64,000 nucleotides of DNA from IMGVR_UViG_3300023174_000033:62001-126000, one strand, 5' to 3'; counted from the first letter of the stretch, positions 21,163-31,730 are shown. Notes: generated by a model not told the origin, from the sequence alone. A program made the numbers and translations.

Positions 21163-22506
21163 ATGACCAACGAAAAAACTATATCGGAATTCCTATCACA
21201 AGAATATAAAGATTTTTCTCTTTATACGATTGAAAATAGAGCAATACCATCAGTAATTGATGGATTCAAACCGACACACAGAAAGATAGTACACATTTCA
21301 AACGAGATTTGGAGAAATGGTGGAGAGAAACCTTTGAAAGTGTTTCAATTAGCAGGTAAAGTTGCATCAGACGCATTTTACCATCATGGAAATGCAAGTC
21401 TTGAGTCTGCAATCATCACAATGGCACAGAGTTTTAAGAACAATTTACCCCTACTTCAAGAAATAGGTCAATTTGGATCATTGAGGTCACCAGAACCCGC
21501 TGCTGCTAGATACATTGGAACAAAACTACACCCCAACTTTAAATTACTTTATAAGGACTTTGAATTACTAACCTATAAAGAAGAGGAGGGAGAAATAATT
21601 GAACCACACTTCTTTTTACCAATAGTTCCAACGGTTTTAATAAATGGTTCATCAGGTATAGCCGTTGGATTTTCCTCAAACATCTTGAATAGAAATCCAC
21701 TGGAGGTTTTAATAGCATGTGAGTCCGCATTGAAAGGAAAAAAGTTAATTGATATAAAACCATTCAATAACTACTTTTTTGGCACTTACACAAAAGATTT
21801 GGAAAATCCAAAAAAGTGGATTATTCGTGGTAAATTAACACAACAGAATACTTCAACTGTTAAGATAACTGAACTACCCCCATCAATGACTTTTGAAAAA
21901 TATGAAACACATCTTGACTTTCTTGTTGAAAGTAAATCAATAGTCTCATATGAAGATAATTCAAAAGACAAAATTGACTACACGATAAAGTTTACAAGAG
22001 AATCTTTATCACAGTTTTCAGAGGATAAGCTATATAAATTATTAAAACTTGAAGAAACCGAAACCGAAATATTCACAACGCTTGATGAACATGGCAAATT
22101 GAAAATATTTGAATCGGTGATTGATATAATCAACTATTTTGTTGAATTCCGATTGGAGTTTTATCACAAAAGAAAGGAGTTCCTACTTGACAAACTACAG
22201 AAAGAATTAAAATTGTTAAGTAATAAAGGTAAATTTATCAAAGCAATACTTGATAATAAAATTGAAATAAAAAATACTCCGAAATTGGAGATAATAAAAT
22301 CAATTGAATCTATGAATTTGGATAAAGTGGATGATAGTTATGACTACCTATTGAGAATGCCCCTTTGGTCATTAACCAAAGAAGTTTTTGATAAATTAAA
22401 AGAAGATTATAAAAACAAGAAATCCGAGCACGAAGAGCTTGAAAAGGTTGATCCTAAAACAATGTATCTTGATGATTTGTCCGTTTTGAAAAATAAGTTG
22501 AAGTGA
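21163..22506 (+). CDS. Type IIA DNA topoisomerase cleavage subunit (T4 gp52-like)
   Basis: RAIPSVIDGFKP, YHHG, catalytic AARYI, NGSSGIAVG. Confidence 0.93.
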   Translation: MTNEKTISEFLSQEYKDFSLYTIENRAIPSVIDGFKPTHRKIVHISNEIWRNGGEKPLKVFQLAGKVASDAFYHHGNASLESAIITMAQSFKNNLPLLQEIGQFGSLRSPEPAAARYIGTKLHPNFKLLYKDFELLTYKEEEGEIIEPHFFLPIVPTVLINGSSGIAVGFSSNILNRNPLEVLIACESALKGKKLIDIKPFNNYFFGTYTKDLENPKKWIIRGKLTQQNTSTVKITELPPSMTFEKYETHLDFLVESKSIVSYEDNSKDKIDYTIKFTRESLSQFSEDKLYKLLKLEETETEIFTTLDEHGKLKIFESVIDIINYFVEFRLEFYHKRKEFLLDKLQKELKLLSNKGKFIKAILDNKIEIKNTPKLEIIKSIESMNLDKVDDSYDYLLRMPLWSLTKEVFDKLKEDYKNKKSEHEELEKVDPKTMYLDDLSVLKNKLK

Positions 22507-23292
22507 TTATAATCCCATCATTATCTTATCAAACAAGTCTGTAATGTCCGTACCAGCTCTTTTTAGTTCAAGAACTTTTTCGTTTATAGTAGATTTTGAC
22601 ACATAATCGGAAAAGTTTGACTCTTTTTCATATACCACATTCTCCCTTGATTCTAATTCATTTTCTTTTGAAATAACCAATTGTTCACGATTCTCAATTT
22701 CAGAAGTTTTTGTTTCTAAATTTTTTTGAATTTCATTCAGCTTCTTTTCAAGATTTGATAAATCAAGTTCTTTCTTATTGTTATCAAGTATTTCTTTTTC
22801 AAGTTGTTGCTCTTTTAATTCAAATTTTTTCAATCTTGATTCAAATTCAATTTGAAGTGTATCATCTTTTATGGTCTTCTCAACAAATACCTCCTTTTCA
22901 ACAATTTTAGGTTTTTCAACAACTACTTTTTTCTCAACAATTGTCGGTTTTTCAACAACCACTTCCTTGATTACTTCCTTTTCAACAACCACTTCTTTTA
23001 CAATAGTCTCTTGATCCTCCATCAAGGACTCTATGAAAGGAACAATTTTCTTTGTTATAACCGCGGGTTGTGGTATTTTATTTGTCCTCAAAAAAGATTG
23101 TAATTCTTCCTTCCAATCAAATAGAGTAAAAAAATCTTCGTTATTTTTTATAACCTCGGTCGGAACCTTGACTGTTTCATTTTTATTTTTAAAAGTGAAA
23201 TTTTCAATGATAGTCTTCGCCTTTAAAACAATAATCTTTTTATCTTCAGTTATTAATTGAAAATCTTTCAAAACTTTATATTTTACTGTCAT
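22507..23292 (-). CDS. Coiled-coil protein with EK(E/P)VVV repeats
   Basis: Low-complexity KEVVVEK repeats followed by a heptad-rich segment. Confidence 0.6.
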   Translation of the reverse strand: MTVKYKVLKDFQLITEDKKIIVLKAKTIIENFTFKNKNETVKVPTEVIKNNEDFFTLFDWKEELQSFLRTNKIPQPAVITKKIVPFIESLMEDQETIVKEVVVEKEVIKEVVVEKPTIVEKKVVVEKPKIVEKEVFVEKTIKDDTLQIEFESRLKKFELKEQQLEKEILDNNKKELDLSNLEKKLNEIQKNLETKTSEIENREQLVISKENELESRENVVYEKESNFSDYVSKSTINEKVLELKRAGTDITDLFDKIMMGL

Positions 23293-23378
23293 CGGTAAAT
23301 AAATTTTAATCTATATATAAAAAATTTAAATTTCTTTGAAAATTTATTTTTTTCAAAGATTTTTCATATATTTGCACT

Positions 23379-24566
23379 ATGGAAGAATTAAAAGATACAA
23401 TTGAAATGACTGGAATTTACAAACCAAAAACAAAATTCATAGAATTCATCGGAGCAAAGGGGAATGTTAATTTCCTAGCACAATCTGCAACTATTGACGC
23501 TAAACAACTCTCTGGAATGTACTATGAAGATATCACATTAAAAATGACCATGTATGACGATGGCACGATTGGGTTGGACGAGTTAGATACAAATCATACT
23601 ACACAAGAAGAAAGGATTCGTTTGATTCAAATTATTGAGGATAAGACTCTTTCCACATTCAGAGATAGGTCGGTAATAAATGAGTTGATGTTCACTTCAA
23701 TTGAAAAAGTAAAGGATAAAAATGTTCCCTTATATCTCGCTGTTGATTATCAAAAACCAATTGACAAGTTGGGTTCGCTTCTTGATGATGAAGTTGAAAT
23801 TTCAGACGATGCTATGGATAATCTCAATGACCTATTGAATTCCTGGTTTGAAGATGAAGAATTTGCAAAAGAGGTTGAGGAAATGATTAATGAAGAGAAT
23901 AGTCAATCAGATGGAATTATTAATGATGAATTCATGCAAGATCATGATACAGTATCAACCTCTAATATTAATGATTCATTTTCAAAAATGAAGGAAGAGA
24001 AACTACTTGAACTGAAAAGGAAAAGGGATAAGACTGAAACGGAAATAAACAAACAAACTTTCCAATTGTCTACCACACAGAAACAACTAACCGAACTTGA
24101 ATCGGAGTTGAAACTATTGGAAGATAGAATTGAAAACCTACAACCCTCTCTTGAAAGTAATGGTCTCTATTTCTCCGTTTCTGAAAGACAAAATGAGCAA
24201 ATTAATCTTGACTCAAAAACCGAGGAATTAATTAGAAAGACTGTAACTAAAGTTAAATCAATCAATGCTGACGCATTTATGAGTCTTTTTAAAGATGGTG
24301 AGTTTCATATTTGTGTCGCAACTAAAAATGATACCGAATTTGAAAAAATTACCGATATTGAAAAATTAGACAAGGAAATTCTGGAAAACTTATCAAAGCT
24401 TGATTTATCTTTTGAGGATGGCAAATTTATCTATCATGGAGAACTTAACTGGGGAGATATTGTAAACAAAATGTGCAAGTTTGGATTCCAACAAGATCAT
24501 GAATTTGATTTGATTTGTTTCCCCAAATCAGAAACCGTTGAAAATGATAAAACATCAAAGTTCTGA
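23379..24566 (+). CDS. Hypothetical coiled-coil protein
   Basis: 395 aa; TATATTTG element at 23367. Confidence 0.65.
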   Translation: MEELKDTIEMTGIYKPKTKFIEFIGAKGNVNFLAQSATIDAKQLSGMYYEDITLKMTMYDDGTIGLDELDTNHTTQEERIRLIQIIEDKTLSTFRDRSVINELMFTSIEKVKDKNVPLYLAVDYQKPIDKLGSLLDDEVEISDDAMDNLNDLLNSWFEDEEFAKEVEEMINEENSQSDGIINDEFMQDHDTVSTSNINDSFSKMKEEKLLELKRKRDKTETEINKQTFQLSTTQKQLTELESELKLLEDRIENLQPSLESNGLYFSVSERQNEQINLDSKTEELIRKTVTKVKSINADAFMSLFKDGEFHICVATKNDTEFEKITDIEKLDKEILENLSKLDLSFEDGKFIYHGELNWGDIVNKMCKFGFQQDHEFDLICFPKSETVENDKTSKF

Positions 24567-24610
24567 ATTCTAAAATGTAATATATAGATAAATAAATAAT
24601 TTATATTTTT

Positions 24611-25288
24611 ATGGAATCCAAAATTATGAACCCTGAAATAAAAACCAAAATCAATAGAATTGATTACGAACTAAAAGAATTCTTTGAAAATGTTTATATC
24701 AAAGATAAATTCTATAAGACAGGTTTTTTTGAAATAACCGCTAATCTAGTTAGTTATATAAAAGAATCAAGGGATCACAAAAGGGTTGAGGTTAAAATAA
24801 TAATTAACCAACCAGATTTGTTAACCGATCCTGTAAAATGGAGCTATTCAACAAATCCACTTAATGAAAATGCACTTTGGATTGATAGGGTTTCTAATTT
24901 TGATAATCTATCAGAAGATATTATACAAATCGCAAAAGAGTGTAGATTTGACGAAAGCTATCTTATGGATTTAGAACCGGTCGTTGATGTTATAAATGAG
25001 AGTACAATTGAGGAGGTTATTGAAAAAGAGTTTGATTTCCAAGATACTCTTCTTAACATTTTAGAAAATTATAAAGTTCAGGTAAATATGAAGCAATCCG
25101 AGTTACATTCTGTAAATGAAAATTTATATGGAAGAGCATCAGATAGGATTGTGAGATTTTATCATAAGTCCGACATCAAAGTCTCCGACAAATTCAAGAT
25201 TGAAGCTGAAATGATGACTCTGGAGAATGTAAACTGGTGTCTTTTTAGAGAGGAGTACATTGAGGTAAATTATACCTCTTATCTTTAA
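24611..25288 (+). CDS. Hypothetical protein
   Basis: 225 aa; TATATA motif upstream. Confidence 0.6.
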   Translation: MESKIMNPEIKTKINRIDYELKEFFENVYIKDKFYKTGFFEITANLVSYIKESRDHKRVEVKIIINQPDLLTDPVKWSYSTNPLNENALWIDRVSNFDNLSEDIIQIAKECRFDESYLMDLEPVVDVINESTIEEVIEKEFDFQDTLLNILENYKVQVNMKQSELHSVNENLYGRASDRIVRFYHKSDIKVSDKFKIEAEMMTLENVNWCLFREEYIEVNYTSYL

Positions 25289-25294
25289 TTTTTT

Positions 25295-25326
25295 TTTGGT
25301 GAATTAAATTTTTTGTTCTATATTTG
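25295..25326 (+). promoter_or_regulatory. Bacteroidota-type sigmaA promoter (-33 TTTG / -7 TAnnTTTG)
   Basis: TTTG 25295-25298, 20-nt spacer, TATATTTG 25319-25326. Confidence 0.7.
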
Positions 25327-25347
25327 TATTCTAAATCATAGAACATT

Positions 25348-26739
25348 ATGTATATCAAAAATATTCACGAAAAACTCCTCGAATCAATCCAACAGATGTT
25401 GATTGATACCAAGGTAAATTTACCCTACTATGGTAATTTCAACCTTTTTGTAAGTTTCCACGAAAGAAAGGATATGCCAACCTGCGCTGTCAATATGACA
25501 GCAAGTGGTATGAATTTCTATTATAACTCCGAGTTCCTTAATAATCTTTCCCAAAAAGAAGTAAACTTCATTACACTACATGAAGATTTTCACCTTCTTT
25601 GGAACCACCCAAAACGTACTATCACTGGTCAGTACGATCCAAAGCTATCTAACGTAGCACAAGATATGATTATCAATCATATCATTTGGGAGGATATTCC
25701 ACATAGATATGTGGAAATTCCAAAAGACGCACAAGGAAGAAATATGGCACTGTTTGTACCAAAAGAATATCAAGGTAAACTTATCTTTGAGGAACTATAT
25801 GAGTGGCTACGCGATGAAAAAGAAAAGCGTGACAAAGAAAAACAAGAGAATCAATGCCAATCTTGTGACGGCACTGGCAAACAACAAAATGGTAATCAAG
25901 AGGGTGACCAAGAGGGTGAAGGGGAAGATTGTCAAGATTGCCAAGGTTCTGGTCAGAAAGGTGGTGGTCAAACTCCTGGTGATAAATATGGACCATATGG
26001 TAAAGATCCAAAGAACCCAGGCGGTTCTCTTGACACCTGGTCTCTTGACCAAATCCTTGATGATTTGGATAAAAACCAAGGTGAATATCTTGACCACCAT
26101 CTTGGTGATGAAATACCAGAAGAGATGCGTGATTCTGTTATCAAAGACGCTATGGAAAGACTCTCAGCTCGTGGACTCCAAGGTGGTAATATTGAGCAAA
26201 CACTTGGTAAACTAAGGAAGCAAAGAAAGGATTACCTTAAATATATCAAAAGGTCTGTATCAAATATTATCTTTGGAACCACCAAAACAAGAACCATCAC
26301 TCGCCCAAATCGTAGAGGTATTCTTGGTCTTAAAGGTAATAAGAAAATTAAGAATAAGATTAACTGTATCCTTGATACATCTGGGTCTATGGGAGGAACG
26401 TTTGAAAGAGTACTTTCTTATATCTACAGAAATGATATTGAGGTAAATCTTATTGAAGCCGACACAGAAGTAAAGTGGGTTGAGAATATCAAATCCAAAA
26501 AGAAACTTGAAAGCGTTAAGATTGCCGGCCTTGGTGGAACAATGTTGATGCCAGCTGTGAAGTATGTTGAAAAACACTTCAACCAGTACAATACTCTTAT
26601 CATCACTGATGGATATTGTGATAGTCTTGACCTTTCAAAACTTCAAGGAAATGTACTATTGATTTCAATTGGGGTTGAGGTTCCTATAAGTAAATCAAAC
26701 GGTAAGGTCAAGCAAATCAAAGTAGACCCAGATCAATAA
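25348..26739 (+). CDS. DUF2201-type metallopeptidase-like + VWA domain protein
   Basis: HEDFH (HExxH), N.AQD..IN, two CxxCxGxG motifs, MIDAS DTSGSM, GGGT-like GLGGT, TDG. Confidence 0.85.
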   Translation: MYIKNIHEKLLESIQQMLIDTKVNLPYYGNFNLFVSFHERKDMPTCAVNMTASGMNFYYNSEFLNNLSQKEVNFITLHEDFHLLWNHPKRTITGQYDPKLSNVAQDMIINHIIWEDIPHRYVEIPKDAQGRNMALFVPKEYQGKLIFEELYEWLRDEKEKRDKEKQENQCQSCDGTGKQQNGNQEGDQEGEGEDCQDCQGSGQKGGGQTPGDKYGPYGKDPKNPGGSLDTWSLDQILDDLDKNQGEYLDHHLGDEIPEEMRDSVIKDAMERLSARGLQGGNIEQTLGKLRKQRKDYLKYIKRSVSNIIFGTTKTRTITRPNRRGILGLKGNKKIKNKINCILDTSGSMGGTFERVLSYIYRNDIEVNLIEADTEVKWVENIKSKKKLESVKIAGLGGTMLMPAVKYVEKHFNQYNTLIITDGYCDSLDLSKLQGNVLLISIGVEVPISKSNGKVKQIKVDPDQ

Positions 26740-27510
26740 TTAAAATTTTGAGAAGTTGGTTATCAAATAACCAACTTTTTCAAATTTATAGGACTTTGGA
26801 TCTACGTCTAAGAAGTTAAATTTATCTCTGGTGAGTTCCAAACCAAATGTGAACTTATTAAAGAATTTTAGTAAATCTTCTATTGATTCTTCGGTGTAAC
26901 TAAATACATAATTTGGATCGTGTTTTGAATTGTATCCATTGTAGTGACCAACTTCAACTGTGTTTGGTGGAGTAATCTTAAATTCAAACATCATTGCATC
27001 CCCATAAGTATTTTCCACATTTATTTCAAAAGTATCTCCCCTTTTCATAAAGTTCAAGTCAAAACCTAAATAATCTGGTTCTCCATCGCTCAAAACATCG
27101 CCTGTTTTTTCTGGGGTACTTTGCCAGTATTGGAACATCATTTTTGGAAACTGTATCCAACAATCACACAATTTCAAATCAAATTGACCATTACTTGTTA
27201 CAATTGATAGTGATTGTGGAACTTGTTCTTTTAAATCATCATGAAGAATTGATATTTTTTTACTCTCATTTGCAAATTCAACTTTGTCCACATCGTCTAA
27301 ATCAACATAATATAAATCCCCATCAACATTGATTGTAATTTCACCATTTTCATCAATATCAACCGGAGTTAATGGTTTTTCTGGATTGTTATCTGGTAAC
27401 TCTTTAACAATTTCAGAATAAATTACACCCCCACCTTGTATACACTTCTCAATATCTTCAGAAGTAATATTATTCACTTTAAAATCCTCGTATAATTTAA
27501 TCCTTTTCAT
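26740..27510 (-). CDS. Hypothetical protein (possible internal virion protein)
   Basis: Likely start ATG 27510 (MKRIKLYEDF), directly after TATATATAG. Confidence 0.6.
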   Translation of the reverse strand: MKRIKLYEDFKVNNITSEDIEKCIQGGGVIYSEIVKELPDNNPEKPLTPVDIDENGEITINVDGDLYYVDLDDVDKVEFANESKKISILHDDLKEQVPQSLSIVTSNGQFDLKLCDCWIQFPKMMFQYWQSTPEKTGDVLSDGEPDYLGFDLNFMKRGDTFEINVENTYGDAMMFEFKITPPNTVEVGHYNGYNSKHDPNYVFSYTEESIEDLLKFFNKFTFGLELTRDKFNFLDVDPKSYKFEKVGYLITNFSKF

Positions 27511-27566
27511 ATTTCTATATATAAATTCACTTATTTGATAAAATATATAAGTCAAATTATTCTTAA

Positions 27567-28304
27567 ATGAAACACTTTATAACTTATTTAAAAGACACAC
27601 TAGGATCCAATTATTTGGGGATTGATATAAACATAACTGAAATAAACCCGTTTCTTAATCAACTAAAAGAGATACTGGGAGAACAGTATGAAGAGTATAC
27701 TAAAAATCAACAAAACAGAGATACTGGAGGTTTCCACATCACGGTTTTTAATGTGGTGGAGTATAATGAATTGAGTAGAAAGATTGGTCTTTCCCAATTT
27801 ACAAATATGGTTGATAAGGTTCTCAAGTTCCCAATTTCAGATTTGAAATTGATGGGATTGGGCAAATCCGAAAAAAGTGGTAATACTGCTTACTATGTTG
27901 TTGTACAATCCGACCAGTTAGACCACATCAGAGAACATTTTGAATTACCAATTGAGGATTTTCACGTAACAGTTGGGTTCAAACACAAAGATGTTTATGG
28001 TGTGAGAAAAAATGAAATACTTAAACCTCATAATAATTTTATTAGTGTTTTAAGTAAGAACTGGAAGAAAGAAGGTGAGAGCTTTGAATTTGTGAAGGGT
28101 ATTAAAAATTTTGATGGTGATTTCTATAAACTTATTGAACCCATACAAATAAATGATACCAACGCAATATTTAGGATTGGAATGGAATATTATCAAATAT
28201 CTTTAGTTGATGGAAGCTTATACATAGTCGGACGTTGGCAAGATGAAGATGATAAACCAATCTTATCAAATACAATTGTTACAAAAAAATTAAAAAATCA
28301 ATAA
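27567..28304 (+). CDS. 2H phosphoesterase family protein
   Basis: Two HxT motifs: FHITV and FHVTVGF. Confidence 0.75.
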   Translation: MKHFITYLKDTLGSNYLGIDINITEINPFLNQLKEILGEQYEEYTKNQQNRDTGGFHITVFNVVEYNELSRKIGLSQFTNMVDKVLKFPISDLKLMGLGKSEKSGNTAYYVVVQSDQLDHIREHFELPIEDFHVTVGFKHKDVYGVRKNEILKPHNNFISVLSKNWKKEGESFEFVKGIKNFDGDFYKLIEPIQINDTNAIFRIGMEYYQISLVDGSLYIVGRWQDEDDKPILSNTIVTKKLKNQ

Positions 28305-28308
28305 TAAA

Positions 28309-28587
28309 ATGTTAAGCAAATTTTATAGCCTAGATGAATGCTACAACAAAGACAAAGTATTCGATCATTTAGAGGAATTACAAGGTAATGAAATGATTAT
28401 TTATGAAATAGTTGATACTGATATAATAAAAATCAAGGATATCGGTCTAAGTGAAAAAGACACCAAAGACCTATTGAATTTCTTTGATAATAATGACGTT
28501 ATTGAGTATTCAGATTACGACGAAGATGATGATTCAGATGATTATTTTGACGATGATGATTACTACTCAAGTGAGGACCTCTATTGA
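28309..28587 (+). CDS. Small acidic hypothetical protein
   Basis: 92 aa with an Asp/Tyr-rich tail. Confidence 0.55.
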   Translation: MLSKFYSLDECYNKDKVFDHLEELQGNEMIIYEIVDTDIIKIKDIGLSEKDTKDLLNFFDNNDVIEYSDYDEDDDSDDYFDDDDYYSSEDLY

Positions 28588-28589
28588 TT

Positions 28590-28919
28590 ATGATTACTTT
28601 AACAGAAAATGCCAAGACAAAAGCAATTAGTTTATTCGCCGAGTCAAATCTTGACGCTGATAATTCTTTTATCAGAGTTGGTGTAAAAGGTGGTGGATGT
28701 TCTGGATTGAGTTATGTTTTGGAATTTGATAGTGATTTAAAACCAGGTGATAGTGAGTTTACCGATAAGGGAATTAAAATTGTCTGTGATAAAAAAAGTT
28801 TACTGTATCTGATTGGTACAGAATTGGATCATTCCGATGGATTGAACGGAAAGGGTTTTGAGTTCAAAAATCCAAATGCCGCGCGTGTTTGTGGATGTGG
28901 GGAAAGTTTTTCTTTATAA
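28590..28919 (+). CDS. iscA: Fe-S cluster assembly A-type carrier (IscA/HesB)
   Basis: RVGVKGGGCSGLSY...NPNA..CGCGESF. Confidence 0.95.
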   Translation: MITLTENAKTKAISLFAESNLDADNSFIRVGVKGGGCSGLSYVLEFDSDLKPGDSEFTDKGIKIVCDKKSLLYLIGTELDHSDGLNGKGFEFKNPNAARVCGCGESFSL

Positions 28920-28934
28920 TTTTTTAAAATAATC

Positions 28935-28966
28935 CTTGACAAAACCTTAAAAAGGTAGTATCTTTG
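28935..28966 (+). promoter_or_regulatory. Bacteroidota-type sigmaA promoter
   Basis: CTTG 28935-28938, 20-nt spacer, TATCTTTG 28959-28966. Confidence 0.65.
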
Positions 28967-28986
28967 TATTACAAAACAACGAAGAT

Positions 28987-29604
28987 ATGGCAAACTTATT
29001 CAATAAAGCAAAACAAGTAGCTCCCAAGAAGGCAGCAAAAAAAGATGAAAAGGTAAGAATCAATATCACTGATTCCGACTTCTTTTCCAAAATCCAAACC
29101 CTTGAGCAGATCAATGACTCAATGAAGAACATGAAAGCACAAGCTGACATGATTTCTGATGAAGTTAGAGATCTCTCTAAAGATGCTTGGATTAACCTTT
29201 ATTCAGAAACTGGTAAAAATCCAGGAAGTGTGGTTGTTTACCAAGACTCATTTGGTGAGACTGCACAGTTGATGTTTGTACCAACCGATAAGTACATCAC
29301 AATCACTGCTGATAGGGCTGAAGAGTTACAATCAGAATATGGATCTGATATCGTAGAAGAAGAAACTACTTTCTCCTTTGATTCAGATATGATTGAGAAG
29401 TATGGAGAAGTTCTTTCTTCTCTGATTATGAGTTGTGATGATATTTCTGACTCTGATAAAGAAAAAATTATCAAGGCTTCTACTAAATTTTCCGTAGCAA
29501 AAGGTACCTTGGATAAACTCAACAAATACGGTGAAGTATCGGAAGTTATGGAAGCCGTTCGTCCAGTAGTCGCCCTCAAAAATATTGAGGTAGTAAAAAG
29601 TTAA
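28987..29604 (+). CDS. Hypothetical protein
   Basis: 205 aa following a host-type promoter. Confidence 0.65.
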   Translation: MANLFNKAKQVAPKKAAKKDEKVRINITDSDFFSKIQTLEQINDSMKNMKAQADMISDEVRDLSKDAWINLYSETGKNPGSVVVYQDSFGETAQLMFVPTDKYITITADRAEELQSEYGSDIVEEETTFSFDSDMIEKYGEVLSSLIMSCDDISDSDKEKIIKASTKFSVAKGTLDKLNKYGEVSEVMEAVRPVVALKNIEVVKS

Positions 29605-29611
29605 TAAAAAA

Positions 29612-29643
29612 TTTGTATATCCAATTTATTATAGATACCTTTG
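29612..29643 (+). promoter_or_regulatory. Bacteroidota-type sigmaA promoter
   Basis: TTTG 29612-29615, 20-nt spacer, TACCTTTG 29636-29643. Confidence 0.7.
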
Positions 29644-29664
29644 TAAAACAATTCAAATAAGATT

Positions 29665-30837
29665 ATGACAAACTTCGTAAATATCTCCAACGAGAATCCT
29701 AACTCAAAAATGGATAAAATGTTCGTTGATAAATTATCAACTCTCACCGCCAAGGAGCGCAAGTATTTCATGACCATGTGGCCAAAGTCTGGTGTACTTT
29801 ACATCACTTCAAAACCTGGTATTGCAAAGTCTGCAATCTCAAGGGCAATCGCTGAAAAGATGGGATTCCGTTATATGGATATGCGTCTATCAATGAGTGA
29901 AGAAAGTGATTTCAAATTTCCATACCTTAAAGACCAGAACTATGATGGAAAGAGTATCAAGGTTTCAGGTTACGCAGTACCAGAATGGGCGTTTGAATCA
30001 AATCAACAACCCACAATCATTCACTTTGAAGAGTTGAATCGGGCACCACAGTTTGTTCGTAACGCAGCACTTCAAATCCTTCTTGAGCGTCAGATTGGTG
30101 ACTTCAAATTCAACGACAATGTACTTATGATGGCCTCTGGTAACTTGGGGGACGAGGATGGAACTGACGTAGAAGAGTTTGACAACGCACTCAACAACCG
30201 TCTTATTCACTTCTCACACACACTTGGAGCTGACGAGTGGATTGACAACTTCGCTAAAGATAATGTTCACGCTGTGATTGTATCTTACATCAAAGCTTAT
30301 CCAGAGAAGCTTTATCAGAACCCAACCGAGAACACCAAGGCTTACGCCACCCCACGTTCTTGGACCTTCTTGAGTGATTTTATCACAGAGAACTTTGGTA
30401 AAGATGCTTCTCCAAAAGATTTCTTACCTTATATCCAAGAAATCGCACACGCTTACGTTGGGAATTCAGCTCAAAGGTTCCTCCAATATTGTCAAGAAAT
30501 GGTTAATATCAGTATCAAAGATATCATTGACCGTTATGACCAAATTGAAAAGGAACTTGATAAGTACAATCGTGATAAGAACTCTGAACTTATCAACTCT
30601 CTCAAAGAGTATGATATTAAAAAGTTCTCCGATAAACAACTGGCGAACGTTTCCAAGTTTTTGAAACGTGTTGGTGAAGATGAACTGACAGCTTATCTCC
30701 TACACGTTCTTGACAATGTACCAGATGTTTCAGACGCCAAGGTGAAGAAGTTTATGCAAAACTTCAAGGATGTTCTTCTCAACATCAAAAGGATTAATAA
30801 ACCCGCAGATTCCACAGACAAGAAGTCCTCTAAATGA
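29665..30837 (+). CDS. MoxR/AAA_5-like AAA+ ATPase
   Basis: Walker A variant SKPGIAKS, Walker B IHFEELNRA, ASGN, ALNNR, TPRSW. Confidence 0.85.
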   Translation: MTNFVNISNENPNSKMDKMFVDKLSTLTAKERKYFMTMWPKSGVLYITSKPGIAKSAISRAIAEKMGFRYMDMRLSMSEESDFKFPYLKDQNYDGKSIKVSGYAVPEWAFESNQQPTIIHFEELNRAPQFVRNAALQILLERQIGDFKFNDNVLMMASGNLGDEDGTDVEEFDNALNNRLIHFSHTLGADEWIDNFAKDNVHAVIVSYIKAYPEKLYQNPTENTKAYATPRSWTFLSDFITENFGKDASPKDFLPYIQEIAHAYVGNSAQRFLQYCQEMVNISIKDIIDRYDQIEKELDKYNRDKNSELINSLKEYDIKKFSDKQLANVSKFLKRVGEDELTAYLLHVLDNVPDVSDAKVKKFMQNFKDVLLNIKRINKPADSTDKKSSK

Positions 30838-30847
30838 GGACTTTTTT
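30823..30847 (+). terminator. Intrinsic terminator
   Basis: AAGTCCTC-TAAAT-GAGGACTT followed by a T tract. Confidence 0.7.
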
Positions 30848-30859
30848 CACTAAATAATT

Positions 30860-31090
30860 ATGAAAATATTAGTTAAAATACAAAACAGTTTTGGTCTCTT
30901 TGAGTCCCTCCCAATTAAAATAGATGAAGAGGAATATCCAAAAATTTTGGAAATGGCTAGAAACTTTTATATAACTGGCGGATATGAAATGGTGACAAAA
31001 AATGGTTTCCTTGTAATCCCACCAGAAATTGTTAAACAATCAATTTTAATTATTGAAACATTAAACGATGAAAATCCCACTGAAGAGTAA
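30860..31090 (+). CDS. Hypothetical protein
   Basis: 76-aa ORF. Confidence 0.55.
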   Translation: MKILVKIQNSFGLFESLPIKIDEEEYPKILEMARNFYITGGYEMVTKNGFLVIPPEIVKQSILIIETLNDENPTEE

Positions 31091-31730
31091 ATTCAAAAAG
31101 TTTACTGGCGAATTTATACCAGATATAGTTGAATATGTAAAGGAGCATTTGGAAAATAACCCTCACTCAACAGTTAGTGTTGGTTGTGATTCAATTCAAC
31201 GTAAACGGAAAACCCTTTACACCATAACAATTATGATGTATAATGGTTGTATCAAAAATGGAGCACACGTTGTTTTCTTCAGAGAAAATCATCAGAAAGT
31301 AAGAGATAACTTTGAACGTCTACATAAAGAAGCTGAGTACGTACATAACGTTGGGGAGTTGATTAATTCGGAACTCTCAAATCATTTCACAAGAAGGGAT
31401 CTTGACTTGGACGAAAGGAAAAGATATAAATTCCATTTGCTTAAATGTAATGGGGAAATGGAGAACATATCTCAATTTGATGAACACTCTTATATAAAAA
31501 GTATTCAATTGTCTGACTTTGAATCAATCCAAACATTCAATCTAATTGACTTACATTTGGACTTCAATCCAAGTGAGGGAGGGATTGATAAAAGGGGAAA
31601 TCAAAAAAATAAATCACACGTTGCTTACAAAAGTTTTGTACCTTGGCTTCGTGGATTGGGGTATAGAGTTTTCGCTAAACCCATGTCATACGCCTCAACA
31701 AACGCAGCTGATATACTCTTGAAAAATTAA
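31068..31730 (+). CDS. RNase H-like YkuK/DUF458 family protein
   Basis: VGCDS, GAHVVF, RLHKEA, LHLDFN, KP..YAS..AAD. Confidence 0.75.
   Translation: MKIPLKSKFKKFTGEFIPDIVEYVKEHLENNPHSTVSVGCDSIQRKRKTLYTITIMMYNGCIKNGAHVVFFRENHQKVRDNFERLHKEAEYVHNVGELINSELSNHFTRRDLDLDERKRYKFHLLKCNGEMENISQFDEHSYIKSIQLSDFESIQTFNLIDLHLDFNPSEGGIDKRGNQKNKSHVAYKSFVPWLRGLGYRVFAKPMSYASTNAADILLKN

Noticed and set aside
21093-21170. N-terminal extensions given by the ORF track (topoisomerase 21170, rnh 18218, 15913, 27555, 60102)
   Set aside because: They use non-ATG upstream starts that overlap divergent genes or promoter motifs; downstream ATG/GTG starts fit better.
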